Source: an uncultured Nitrospiraceae bacterium
Lineage (GTDB): Bacteria; Nitrospirota; Thermodesulfovibrionia; Thermodesulfovibrionales; UBA6898
Assembly (NCBI GenBank): GCA_963811165.1
Contig: CAWEQH010000010.1
Coordinates: 32,001-96,000, forward strand
Direction of reading: 5' to 3'
Length of the DNA: 64,000 bases
The notes beneath the pieces were generated by a model that ran no database searches, had not been told where the DNA came from, and worked only from the letters and a program-made list of their open reading frames with translations. The translations under genes and the position numbers were made by a program. Shown piece by piece: positions 21,899-33,146 of this stretch; positions within the stretch are counted from its first letter, which is position 1; every line of letters begins with the position of its first letter.

Positions 21899-21975
21899 TT
21901 GTTGCATCGGGAGGGAGGACGGCCGATGGTCGTTCTCCTTTTTCTCCCGCTGAAAAAGAGGAAAGGAGAAGTGAT

Positions 21976-23710
21976 ATGGATATGAAAATAAGATTGCAGA
22001 ATCTCAGTATGGCGGCAAAGATCTTGATAGCGCCGACCCTCATCATCGGATTCCTGCTCTTGTTCGGTGGTTCGTCCTATCTCGGACTGACAACTCAGAA
22101 GCGGGCGCTGAACGACATCTATAATAACCGGTTTAAGAACTATCAGACCAGCGCAATCCTTGTGAGGGACCTGACCGGCGTACATATGAGCACCTATCGA
22201 CTTCTGAGCTGGGAGGTTGCCCGGTATGACCGTGCCAAGATCGATGCCCTCGGCAAAGAGCAGCTGGCAATTCTTGAGCGGTCCGTGGAGAGCATCAAGG
22301 GCAGCATCGCATCGCCTTCGGTCAAAGCGGATGAGAAAAAGATTTACGAGTCTATTTTCAATGATCTCCTTGAATATCAAAAAGCGATCCAATCCGCCGT
22401 CGACCTTTCGTCGTCGGATCTGAATTTCGCGACCATGTTCATGGGGACGGCAGACGAAAAATTCCAGGTTCTCGAAAAGGTCATGGATGAGCTCCTGAAC
22501 CTTGAGAAAAAGATGAGCGAAAATACGTACGGGAGTGCTATGACGACCTTCGGCCGGGTAATCTCAGCCATGGCAACAGTGCTGGTAGTGGCTGTTGTAC
22601 TTTCCCTCCTGGTGAGTATTTTCATTGCGCGTAGCGTAACGCGGGTTTTGGGGGCCGAACCTCACATCCTAGCCGGTATTGCCAGGAAGATCGCAGACGG
22701 CAACCTGACCGTCCACTTCCAATCTAAAGGCACCCTTGGTGGCATTTATGCCGATATGCAGAAAATGGCTGAAAAGCTTAAGGAAGTGATTGCGGACGTA
22801 AAGTCCGCGGCGGAAAATGTGGCCTCGGGGAGCCAGCAGATGAGTTCCGGTTCCGAAGAGATGTCCCAGGGTGCGTCAGAGCAGGCGAGCTCAGTGGAAG
22901 AGGTTTCTTCTTCGATGGAACAGATGGTATCGAACATACGCCAGAATGCGGACAACGCGCAGCAGACAGAAAAGATAGCGCTGAAGTCGGCCAATGACGC
23001 AAAGGAGAGCGGCAAGAGCGGTAGCCGAGACCGTGGCCGCCATGAAAGACATCGCCGGGAAGATATCGATCATCGAAGAGATCGCGCGTCAAACGAACCT
23101 GCTGGCCTTAAACGCGGCGATAGAGGCAGCCCGGGCGGGGGAGCACGGCAAAGGGTTTGCGGTGGTGGCCGCCGAGGTGAGGAAACTTGCGGAGAGGAGT
23201 CAGGCAGCAGCGGCAGAGATCAGCCAGTTGTCCTCCTCAAGCGTCCAAGTGGCGGAGAGGGCCGGGGAGATGCTGGCGAAACTGGTGCCCGATATCCAGA
23301 AGACTGCGGAACTGGTGCAGGAGATCAACGCGGCCAGCGGGGAGCAAAACAGCGGAGCGGAGCAGATCAACAAGGCCATCCAGCAGCTCGACCAGATAGT
23401 GCAGCAGAATGCAGGCTCGGCAGAAGAGATGTCTTCCACTGCGGAAGAACTCGCGTCCCAGTCAGAGCATCTGCAGAGTGCAGTGGAATTTTTCAAGGTG
23501 GCCGATGACTCCGGAACAGGGACTGTTGTGACGGAGTCTGCTCCGAAAGCGGTCCACAGGGCGAAGTTCGCCCGTTTTCGGCATGCAGGGGAAAAGGCGC
23601 AGAGGGCGATGGCCGCCCGAGTAGAGACTGTGGCAAAGAGGGCCGGCGTAGTACTGGATATGGGCAATGGCGGAAGAGATGCAGCGGACGACGAATTCGA
23701 GAAGTTCTAA
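21976..23710 (+). pseudogene. Methyl-accepting chemotaxis protein (four-helix-bundle-type sensor), +1 frameshift near 23017
   Basis: N-terminal ORF 21976-23508 and C-terminal ORF 22994-23710. The paralog reads ggg aag gcg gtg, whereas this copy reads ggc aag A gcg gta (extra A). May be a sequencing error. Confidence 0.85.
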
Positions 23711-24201
23711 GGGGGATGATATGGGCGTAACAGGAATATCGGAGACAACGCAATATCTGACGTTCAAGCTTGAGGACGAAGTCTTCGCGCTGGACATCTC
23801 GAAGGTCCGGGAGGTCCTGGATTTTACGACGATCACGAAGGTGCCCCGGACCCCCGAGTTCATGCGCGGGGTAATTAACCTTCGCGGCAGTGTAGTGCCT
23901 GTGGTGGACATGAGGCTGAAGTTCAGGATGACCAGGACCGAGAAGACGGTGAATACCTGCATCATCATCGTTGAGGTGATGGTGGACGGAGAGAGCATCA
24001 TTCTCGGCACGCTGGCGGATTCGGTGCAGGAGGTGTTGGACCTTGACGCAGACCATATCGAACCGGCGCCGAGGATAGGGACAAAGCTGAATACGGAGTT
24101 CATAAAAGGCATGGGGAAAAGGGATGCGCATTTCATCATCATCCTGGATATCGATAAGGTATTCTCGACGGAGGAACTTGCCCTGGTGCAGGCCGAACAG
24201 G
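23253..24201 (+). repeat. Near-identical ~950-bp direct repeat, copy 2
   Basis: Matches 20398-21346. Confidence 0.9.
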
Positions 24202-24230
24202 CAACTGCAGCAGTAAAGGGGGAGCAATAG
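23721..24230 (+). CDS. cheW: CheW
   Basis: Identical to the 20866 CheW except for the last few residues. Confidence 0.95.
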   Translation: MGVTGISETTQYLTFKLEDEVFALDISKVREVLDFTTITKVPRTPEFMRGVINLRGSVVPVVDMRLKFRMTRTEKTVNTCIIIVEVMVDGESIILGTLADSVQEVLDLDADHIEPAPRIGTKLNTEFIKGMGKRDAHFIIILDIDKVFSTEELALVQAEQATAAVKGEQ

Positions 24231-24375
24231 TGCCTGGCTTTGCCCACAGGCGCATGGAGGGCGAAATGATGACCAGGGGCAATGGCGGAAGAGATGCAGC
24301 AGACGAAGGGACAATAACGGCTGCGCAATATCCGACCTTCAAACTGACTGCGGGGCCTATGGTGAGTGATAGGAA

Positions 24376-25260
24376 ATGGAAATAGCGGTGGAGTATAAGA
24401 CCCATCAACAAAGGGCGGTAATGCAGACGGTGCTTTGCGAAAGAGATTTCCTTCGCCTGAGCGGGCTTGTATATGCAAAATGCGGCATCAAGATGCCTGC
24501 ATCGAAGAAGATCATGCTTGAGGCGCGGGTGCGGAAGAGGCTGAGGGAACTCGGCATGGACTCATTCCGCCAGTACTGCGATTATCTTTTCAGCAAGGAA
24601 GGCATGGGACGCGAGCTGATACCCATGATCGATGCGGTGACGACCAACAAGACCGATTTCTTCAGGGAGCCGAGGCATTTTGATTATCTGGTCGAGACCG
24701 CGCTTCCCGGGTTAATGAAAACCCACGGCTCCGGCATCAGCAGGAAACTGGCGGTATGGTCTGCGGGATGCTCTACGGGAGAGGAGCCGTATACCCTTGC
24801 GATGGTCCTTAATGAATTCAGGGAAAGAAGACCTGCCTTTCATTTCTTAGTCCTTGCCACGGACATTTCGACAAAAGTTCTGGACAGGGCGATACGCGGG
24901 ATCTATAAACAGGAGAAGGCTGAGACAGTGCCCGCGGAATTAAAGAAAAAGTATCTCCTGAGAAGCAGGGACAGGGGCCAGGGACTCGTTAGGATTGTAC
25001 CTGAGCTAAGGTCTCAGGTCCGGTTTCGCAGGCTGAACTTCATGGATGAGGATTTCGGGATGAGGGAGCCCATGGATATCATCTTCTGCCGAAACGTGAT
25101 CATTTACTTCGACAGGCCGACACAGGAGAAGCTGGTAAACAGGTTATACAATCATCTGATACCCGGGGGATACCTTTTTATGGGACATTCTGAGACGTTG
25201 AGCGGATTGTGTGTTCCATTGGTTTCTGTGGGTCCCATGGTCTACAGGAAGCCCTTATGA
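24376..25260 (+). CDS. cheR: Chemotaxis methyltransferase CheR
   Basis: TTNKTDFFRE, WSAGCSTGEEPY, IFCRNVIIYFD, GHSE. The start may be 24421. Confidence 0.95.
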   Translation: MEIAVEYKTHQQRAVMQTVLCERDFLRLSGLVYAKCGIKMPASKKIMLEARVRKRLRELGMDSFRQYCDYLFSKEGMGRELIPMIDAVTTNKTDFFREPRHFDYLVETALPGLMKTHGSGISRKLAVWSAGCSTGEEPYTLAMVLNEFRERRPAFHFLVLATDISTKVLDRAIRGIYKQEKAETVPAELKKKYLLRSRDRGQGLVRIVPELRSQVRFRRLNFMDEDFGMREPMDIIFCRNVIIYFDRPTQEKLVNRLYNHLIPGGYLFMGHSETLSGLCVPLVSVGPMVYRKPL

Positions 25261-25766
25261 GCCTGCTAAAGGACCCGGTCCTTGACACGGTCTATCTCCA
25301 TCCCGGAGAAATCTGCATTACCAAGAGAGCGAAGAGGGTAATCACCGTGCTCGGCTCATGCGTATCAGTGACGATGTTCAATCCACGCTTGCGGGCAGGC
25401 GCAATCTGTCACGGGACATTGCCCAGTTGCCGGACCGGAGAAGAATGCTACGAACCCTGCATCGAGGCCTTCAAGTTCATGGACTGCTCCATAAGATATA
25501 TGCTCGAAAGGTTTAGGAAGTACGGTATCACGAATGATGAAATTGAAATAAAGATATTCGGCGGCGCTGATACGCTGAGGTCAAAGAGCAGTAACAGCAT
25601 AGGGGGCCAGAATGTGAAGACCACGCTGCATGTCATCGGCAGGGAAAAGATGCGGGTTGTTGCCGCGGATGTGGGTGACTCCTTTGGACGCAAGCTGGTT
25701 TTTTTCACCCATACGGGCGAAGTCTTCCTGAAGCGCCTGAAAAACTACAACAACAGGAATCGGTAG
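25257..25766 (+). CDS. cheD: Chemoreceptor glutamine deamidase CheD
   Basis: TVLGSCVSV, CH, KIFGGA, DVG...GRKL.F; ATGA overlap with cheR. Confidence 0.92.
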   Translation: MSLLKDPVLDTVYLHPGEICITKRAKRVITVLGSCVSVTMFNPRLRAGAICHGTLPSCRTGEECYEPCIEAFKFMDCSIRYMLERFRKYGITNDEIEIKIFGGADTLRSKSSNSIGGQNVKTTLHVIGREKMRVVAADVGDSFGRKLVFFTHTGEVFLKRLKNYNNRNR

Positions 25767-26861
<1,095 letters not shown>

Positions 26862-27024
26862 TATTTCATAGTACAATTCAACCGTAATCGAACACGAGTG
26901 AACTTTGCCCCACCTCGTTGACTTATCGTATAGGGCTTGATAGCATTTGACCAATGAAGGCTTGCCGTGGATTGATAAAGTCCCTGCAACTGCCGCTTTA
27001 GCGCAATGCCAAAGGACCTGAAAC

Positions 27025-27753
27025 ATGAAACTCTATATCGGTACGAGCGGGTTTGGGTACAAGGAATGGAAAGGGAAATTCTATCCTGACAAGATTTTGC
27101 CGAAGGAGATGCTTCGCGTCTATTCGGAGCGCCTCAATGCGGTAGAGATCAATAATACTTTTTATCACATGCCCGCAGAGGGAGTCCTTGCATCCTGGGC
27201 AGAACAGGTTCCCGACGACTTCGTCTTTGCGCTCAAGGCGCCCCAGGTCATTACTCATCTGAAGCGGCTGAGAAATGTGGGGGAGGAGACCGGGTACCTA
27301 TTCAGAACCCTATTGGTTCTCAAGAGGAAACTGGGTCCGGTCCTGTTCCAGTTTCCCGGGAGTTTCCGTGCAGACCGTCCGGCGCTCGAGGCATTCCTCT
27401 CCCTGATTCCCGGCAATATGTCCTGTGCCTTCGAGTTCAGAAGCCCATCCTGGCTCGATGTTGAAATCCCGGCCCTCCTCCGCGAAAAGGGATTCAGCCT
27501 CTGTATCGCAGATACCGATGAGGAGCCGGCAAACGAGATCATCGGCACGGCATCTTGGGGATACGTGCGCCTGCGCCGTTCCGATTACACGGATGCCGAT
27601 CTGTCACAGTGGATGGAAAGAGTTCTTTCGCAAAAATGGGAGAGGGCATTCGTTTTTTTTAAACATGAGGAAGAAGCCAAAGGGCCGGAAATGGCGATGC
27701 GTTTTCAGGAACTTGCCGAATCAAAGGTGAAGAAAGACAAGAAGAGAAAATAG
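27025..27753 (+). CDS. DUF72 family protein
   Basis: YIGTSGFGYKEWKG.FYP, VEINNTFY, LGPVLFQFP, FEFR..SW, YVRLR. Confidence 0.88.
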   Translation: MKLYIGTSGFGYKEWKGKFYPDKILPKEMLRVYSERLNAVEINNTFYHMPAEGVLASWAEQVPDDFVFALKAPQVITHLKRLRNVGEETGYLFRTLLVLKRKLGPVLFQFPGSFRADRPALEAFLSLIPGNMSCAFEFRSPSWLDVEIPALLREKGFSLCIADTDEEPANEIIGTASWGYVRLRRSDYTDADLSQWMERVLSQKWERAFVFFKHEEEAKGPEMAMRFQELAESKVKKDKKRK

Positions 27754-27769
27754 TGGGTATCTTGCATCA

Positions 27770-30093
27770 ATGCCTAGGACATCTCAAATAGCCCAGGTTG
27801 GTAAGCGAAAGATCGAACTTTCGAATCTGGAAAAGGTTCTCTACCCCGACGACCATATCCTCAAGGCGGAGCTGATCGAATATTATCTGAAGGTCGCCCC
27901 GACAATACTTTCGCATTCAAAGGGTCGCCCGCTTTCGCTCGTACGCTACCCCGACGGCATTGACGGCGAAAGGTTTTTTCAGAAGAACAGGCCCGAATGG
28001 GCGCCCGAGTGGATAGAGCATATAGTTCTTGGGTCCGAACGAGAGGAAAAGGTCGATTACGTTATCGCAACCGAGGAAGCCTCTTTGGTTTGGCTCGCAA
28101 ACCTTGCATGCATCGAGCTTCATCAGATGCATTGCCGCTCGCCCCATTTCGATAAACCCGACTACTTCGTTTTTGATCTTGACCCACCCGAAAAGTATAA
28201 GTTCGCCGATCTCGTGGCGATCGCTGTAGGGATGAAAGAGCATATCGAAAACTTCGGCTATCACCCCTTTGTAAAGACGACCGGGAGAAAAGGTCTTCAC
28301 ATAGTTGTCCCCATCGAACCGAAATGGACATTCGACAAGGTCTTTGAGACGGCAAAGGAAGTGGCAAAACCGTTTGTCGAAGCACATGGCGGTTCGACTA
28401 CGCTGATCGTCAAGAAAGAGGCGCGCAAAGGGAAGGTGCTTGTGGACATCTATCGAAACCGGCCGTATCAGACGATTGTGTCGGCATACAGCGTGCGCGG
28501 TCTTCCGGGGGCCCCTGTGTCTATGCCACTTCGATGGGAGGAGTTGGGGGACATCGGCAGTTCCGCTGATTTTACCCTGCGGGCTGTTCCGGACTACGTA
28601 ATACGTAACGGCGATGCATGGGAAGGGATTGCGGCATATGCGGTCGGCCTTCATACGGAGAAGAAGGCGGGCAGGAGGAAAGTTGGGCCGCCTCTGAAAC
28701 AGAAGACCCCTGAAATGCTGAGTGTATACGCAAGAAAGAGGAGTTTTCTTAAGACCCCTGAACCTTTGCCTTTGATGTCGGTCGGGAAGGGAGATGTATT
28801 TGTGCTCCACAGGCACCACGCAACCCGTCTTCATTATGATCTCAGGCTTGAGAAGGGGGGGGTCTTAAAGTCCTGGGCGGTCCCGAAAGGGCTTCCTCCA
28901 AGACCGGGCATCATGCGGCTTGCGGTATCTACCGAAGACCATCCCCTGGACTACATAAACTTCGAAGGAACGATTCCCAAGGGGCAATATGGCGCAGGGG
29001 AGATGTGGATCTACGGACGCGGCAGATACGAAATCACGAAAGAGAAAAAAAAGGATTTCACTTCCGGCTCGAAGGCAGCGAAATAAACGCAGAGTACAGT
29101 ATGCACCCAAGCGGAGAAAAAGAATGGCTGATCAGCAGAGTCGACAGGCCGCAGGTCGATTGGCTTCGTGATCCGATCGAGCCGATGCTTTCTCAGACGG
29201 CAGCTGAGGTGCCAAGCCATAAAGACTGTCTCTATGAAGTCAAATGGGACGGCATCCGCGCGTTGATCGCGGTGGACGAAGGCGAGATAAGAATCCACAG
29301 CCGTAACCGCCTCGACATAACCTCCAGGTTCCCTGAACTCCTTCTGCCCGATCGGGCATTCAGAGCGACTTCTGCATTGTTCGACGCCGAGATCGTCTGT
29401 CTTGACGATGACGGAAAGCCCGTCTTTCAAAACGTGATACACAGGATTCAGCAAAAAGGCGAAGGCGCGGTTGAACGTGCGAGGGTCAAATATCCTGCTG
29501 TCTGCTATGTCTTTGATTGTCTCTACTTAGACGGCCGGCCGATTATAAATGAGCCGCTCGTTCGAAGACGGCAATGGCTTGAGGACGTTATCAGGCGTGA
29601 TACGCCCTATCGGGTGAGTGAGGCGGTTAACGAAGGGGAAGAGTTATTCAAGGCCGCGGTGAAAATGGGACTCGAGGGGATAATGGCAAAAGAGAAAAAC
29701 AGCGCCTATCATCCCGGCACGAGAAGTGCTGCGTGGGTGAAGATAAAGAAACGGCAGACGACGGAGTGTGTCATTGTAGGGTATACAAAAGGCAAGGGAG
29801 ACCGCGAGGATATGTTTGGGGCGCTACAGCTTGCCCGGCGTGAAGGCGGTACATTTCGGTATGTGGGCAAGGTCGGGACTGGATTTGATAGTAAGTCGAT
29901 GAAAGAGACATTCGCCCAATTGAAAAATATTAAGCATGTAAAAAGACCGGTCAAAGAAAAACCGGTTGACGATGCACAGACTGTGTGGATAGAGCCCAGG
30001 GCGATCTGCGAGGTGCAGTTTGCTTCAGTGACAAAAGACGGGATGCTTCGCGAGCCGGTGTTTCTCAGGCTCCGGCCGGATCTGGCTGAGTGA
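27770..30093 (+). CDS. ligD: NHEJ DNA ligase D (primase-polymerase, 3'-phosphoesterase, ATP-dependent ligase), split by a -1 frame change at the A8 run 29045-29052
   Basis: Pol: RYPDG, FDLDP, KTTGRKGLH. PE: HHATRLHYDLRLE, LKSWAVPKG. Ligase: EVKWDGIR, EGIMAK, WVKIK, LREPVF. The domains lie in ORFs 27770-29086 and 29005-30093. Confidence 0.88.
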
Positions 30094-30220
30094 CACATAT
30101 GGAAGATTAAGACTTGTCAGATACCCTCAGGTTCAGTCTCGATGTCTTCCTGTTATCGACACGCGACGCATGGAACTCTTTATTGCATTACACGGTACAA
30201 ACGGTGAGGCTGCAAGTTCC

Positions 30221-31567
30221 TCACTTTAGGGGTAACTCTTTACTTGTGAAAGTAATTTTAAATAATTCAGGTGTTGGCAGTCCAAACCTTCGAGAAAAAG
30301 AGCTGGGATAAGGAAGATAATTCAGACTGGCCCTCAGGGTTATTTTATTTTTGACATTTTTCGGAACTTTAAAATAATACGTTTCTTTCCGTAGTTCCGA
30401 TGCATTCAATCTGTTATCGAATATGATTCTCACTGCATTGTATGAAGACAGGGTCTGTATATCTGCTTTATCGACCAAGATTGCCCGATAGATTCTGGTT
30501 CCCTTCGGGATATCCTCTCCCAGGATCTCCTGATCGAATGGTCCTTTACCGGTGACGTCGTATGTGTCGGCCCCCATCGACGGGGCGGGAATGGGTATTG
30601 TCTTATATCCGTCATAGGCTTCGAGCTGCAGCCATAATTGCCTGAGGTCTGCGCTCCCTGACGGCATTTTATGTCCGGTTTTTGAGTTGTCAATAAAAAT
30701 ATAAATTTTCACTTCATCACCTGGCGACACAACAGGCTTTTCTGTTTCTATATGCAGTGTGATTCCCCCAGACCCCGAAATCTGAGTTTTGGAATGCGCC
30801 CCAGGGAAACGGTGTGTATAAAGTCTTGGCCGGTAGGGCGCCCTAACAATAGAACTGTAGGGACTAACTGCGCACCCCTGTTCATAAACAGGTTTCCCTT
30901 CCGTAAGAAACCCGATGGTGTTCATGTGACAGTCCTGGCACTGAATTTTTTTTTCAGCGTATATGCTATTCTTCCATTCTGTAAAGGTAGATTTAGTTTC
31001 GAGACCATAGCGGTTGAACCCGTTATGACAGATCCCGCAAAATTCACTTTTCGTATGCAGCTCCGAATAGGCGTGATGCCAGCCTTTTTTTTCTTCAAAG
31101 GGTCCCAAGGCACGTTCCCGAAAGGGTTTCGAGATGTAATTGCCGTTTCCAGGCGACTCGCCATCATATCCCGTTATGGTGTGACAGAAGGCACACCCGA
31201 CTCCGGACCAATTCGGGTTAACCTGGTCTTCTGAAAATATGCGCCCATTCAGAACGATAAAATCTATCGGGGAATGGCAAGTTATGCAGGTTTTTGCTTC
31301 CTCGTAAAGTTCCGGATCTTTCTTGGCTTCAGGCAAAAGTTCTTTAAAGTATTGACCCTTGAAAACAGGGTCCGAAAAAGATTGAGCATGATAAGATTGT
31401 GCATGCTGATATACAATCTTTTCATGGCATGCCTGGCATGCAAAAGAGGAAAAATATCTGTTATACTCCCTTTGGATGGATTCCGGCAACGGCGGAGCTG
31501 GGAATGCAAGAGATGCGAACAAAAGGATGACGCCGATTGTAGCGGTCCCTCTTAGGATGATCCACAT
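30221..31567 (-). CDS. Exported multiheme cytochrome c (5 CxxCH, c554-like)
   Basis: Signal peptide; CQACH, CITCH, CAFCH, CGICH, CQDCH; H.FPG and GHKMPSG motifs. Confidence 0.88.
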   Translation of the reverse strand: MWIILRGTATIGVILLFASLAFPAPPLPESIQREYNRYFSSFACQACHEKIVYQHAQSYHAQSFSDPVFKGQYFKELLPEAKKDPELYEEAKTCITCHSPIDFIVLNGRIFSEDQVNPNWSGVGCAFCHTITGYDGESPGNGNYISKPFRERALGPFEEKKGWHHAYSELHTKSEFCGICHNGFNRYGLETKSTFTEWKNSIYAEKKIQCQDCHMNTIGFLTEGKPVYEQGCAVSPYSSIVRAPYRPRLYTHRFPGAHSKTQISGSGGITLHIETEKPVVSPGDEVKIYIFIDNSKTGHKMPSGSADLRQLWLQLEAYDGYKTIPIPAPSMGADTYDVTGKGPFDQEILGEDIPKGTRIYRAILVDKADIQTLSSYNAVRIIFDNRLNASELRKETYYFKVPKNVKNKITLRASLNYLPYPSSFSRRFGLPTPELFKITFTSKELPLK

Positions 31568-31698
31568 CTTTCGCCTCTCTCAATCAAACACTATCAAATC
31601 ACACTCACCATGTCAAGAGAACGTCTCGAAGAAAGTGCTCTTTCATTTATTAATTTTATTCAGCCGCGTCAAAGACGCCCGGATACAGATCCGAGACT

Positions 31699-31821
31699 CA
31701 AGACGAGACAAACCGCATCGCGTTCGCTTACGGTGCAACGTACAGTCGGCTGGTAGATCTCAAGAAGAAGTACGACCCGACGAACCTCTTCCGAATGAAC
31801 CAGAACATCAAGCCTGCATGA
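31699..31821 (+). pseudogene. Remnant C-terminus of a berberine-bridge (BBE) FAD oxidoreductase
   Basis: Reads QDETNRIAFAYGATYSRLVDLKKKYDPTNLFRMNQNIKPA*. There is an in-frame stop at 31651 and no N-terminal part. Confidence 0.75.
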
Positions 31822-32065
31822 AAAAAGGGTCATATGCCTGGCGTTATGAGTAGTCCCCTCATAATTCTTCGTTATTGCAATAAGGCGAATTGTGTTTGTC
31901 CTCTAAATGGGTGTCGGTGTAATCCATTATTCCGGATAAGATGACTTAATTCCCTTTATGTTCCATGGGTCTTTAAACCTGCCGGCCCCTGAAAAAGTGC
32001 TACAGAGGGGGTATAATAGATTAAGAGGCGCTATAGAAGCGCTTGGCAGTATGCGGAGGTGGGAT

Positions 32066-32917
32066 ATGAAGGCGATCTGGAAAGGCCATATACGTTTCTC
32101 TCTCGTAACAATACCGGTACTCATTTATAATGCCGTCGATACCGAACAAAAAATAGACTTTCATCTGCTCCATAAGTCCGATCATGGTCCTGTCGGTTAT
32201 GACAAGAAATGCAAAAAGTGCGGCAGGGTCCTGTCCGCCGAGGAGATCGTTAAAGGGTACAAATATGAGCCTGAGCAGTACGTAATCGTGGAAAAAGAAG
32301 ACCTCGAAAAAATCAACCTCAAAAGCACAAAGATCATAGACATCGGCGGTTTCATCGATGCAAAGGAAGTGTCTCCGGCGCTGTATGAGTCGCCGTATTA
32401 CGCAGGTCCTGACGGGCCCGTTGCGGTAAAGGCTTACTCCCTTCTGGCTGCTACGTTAAAGGAGACAGGGAAGGTGGGAATCGGGAAAGTTGTGTTACAC
32501 GAACGCGAAGATGTGGTGATGATTGCACCATACGGCAATGCCATTGCGTTATATAAACTCCGGTCGCCGGGAGAGATCAGAAGCGTAACCGGTATCCCGC
32601 AGCTTGAAAGAAAGCCCATAGACAAAGAGGAACTCAAGCTTGCCCACAGCCTTGTAGATTCGATGAGTACATCGATTGACAAGATTGATCTGACCGATAA
32701 GTACCACGATGCCCTCAGGGCGATCATCGACGCGAAGGTCGCAGGGAAAGAGATAGTCAAGGTGGAGGAGGAAGAAAAGCCGGTGGTAGACATCATGACG
32801 GCCCTGAAGCAAAGCATCGAGCGGGCGAAGCTTCATAAAAAGCCGGTGGAAAAGGCAGCGGGAAAGAAAAAAGTGGTTAACATAAAAGAGGCAAGAAAAT
32901 TAAGGGCGATAAGGTAG
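32066..32917 (+). CDS. ku: NHEJ Ku protein
   Basis: MKAIWKGHIRFSLVTIPV, IVKGYKY, VVDIMTALKQS, basic tail; RBS GGAGG. Confidence 0.95.
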   Translation: MKAIWKGHIRFSLVTIPVLIYNAVDTEQKIDFHLLHKSDHGPVGYDKKCKKCGRVLSAEEIVKGYKYEPEQYVIVEKEDLEKINLKSTKIIDIGGFIDAKEVSPALYESPYYAGPDGPVAVKAYSLLAATLKETGKVGIGKVVLHEREDVVMIAPYGNAIALYKLRSPGEIRSVTGIPQLERKPIDKEELKLAHSLVDSMSTSIDKIDLTDKYHDALRAIIDAKVAGKEIVKVEEEEKPVVDIMTALKQSIERAKLHKKPVEKAAGKKKVVNIKEARKLRAIR

Positions 32918-33057
32918 AGTCTTTCGAACCGTCTAAAGTAGCGTAAAAAACTCCGACGATCTGTCAGACGGACAGAGGAGATCTTTGGTCATGTCGGCCA
33001 TGACAGGCCGCAATAGCCTGCCTTAAATCCAAGCCAAGGTTGTTGCCAAGGTTGTTG

Positions 33058-33085
33058 TTGACATCAGTGTATTGATTGTTACAAT
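33058..33085 (+). promoter_or_regulatory. Sigma-70 promoter of the tkt operon
   Basis: TTGACA-16-TACAAT with a TG extended -10. Confidence 0.6.
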
Positions 33086-33146
33086 GAGACTAGACGTCCT
33101 TCGACGTATCGAATCGTTAAATCCTTGCAGTAAATAAGGGGGAGAT

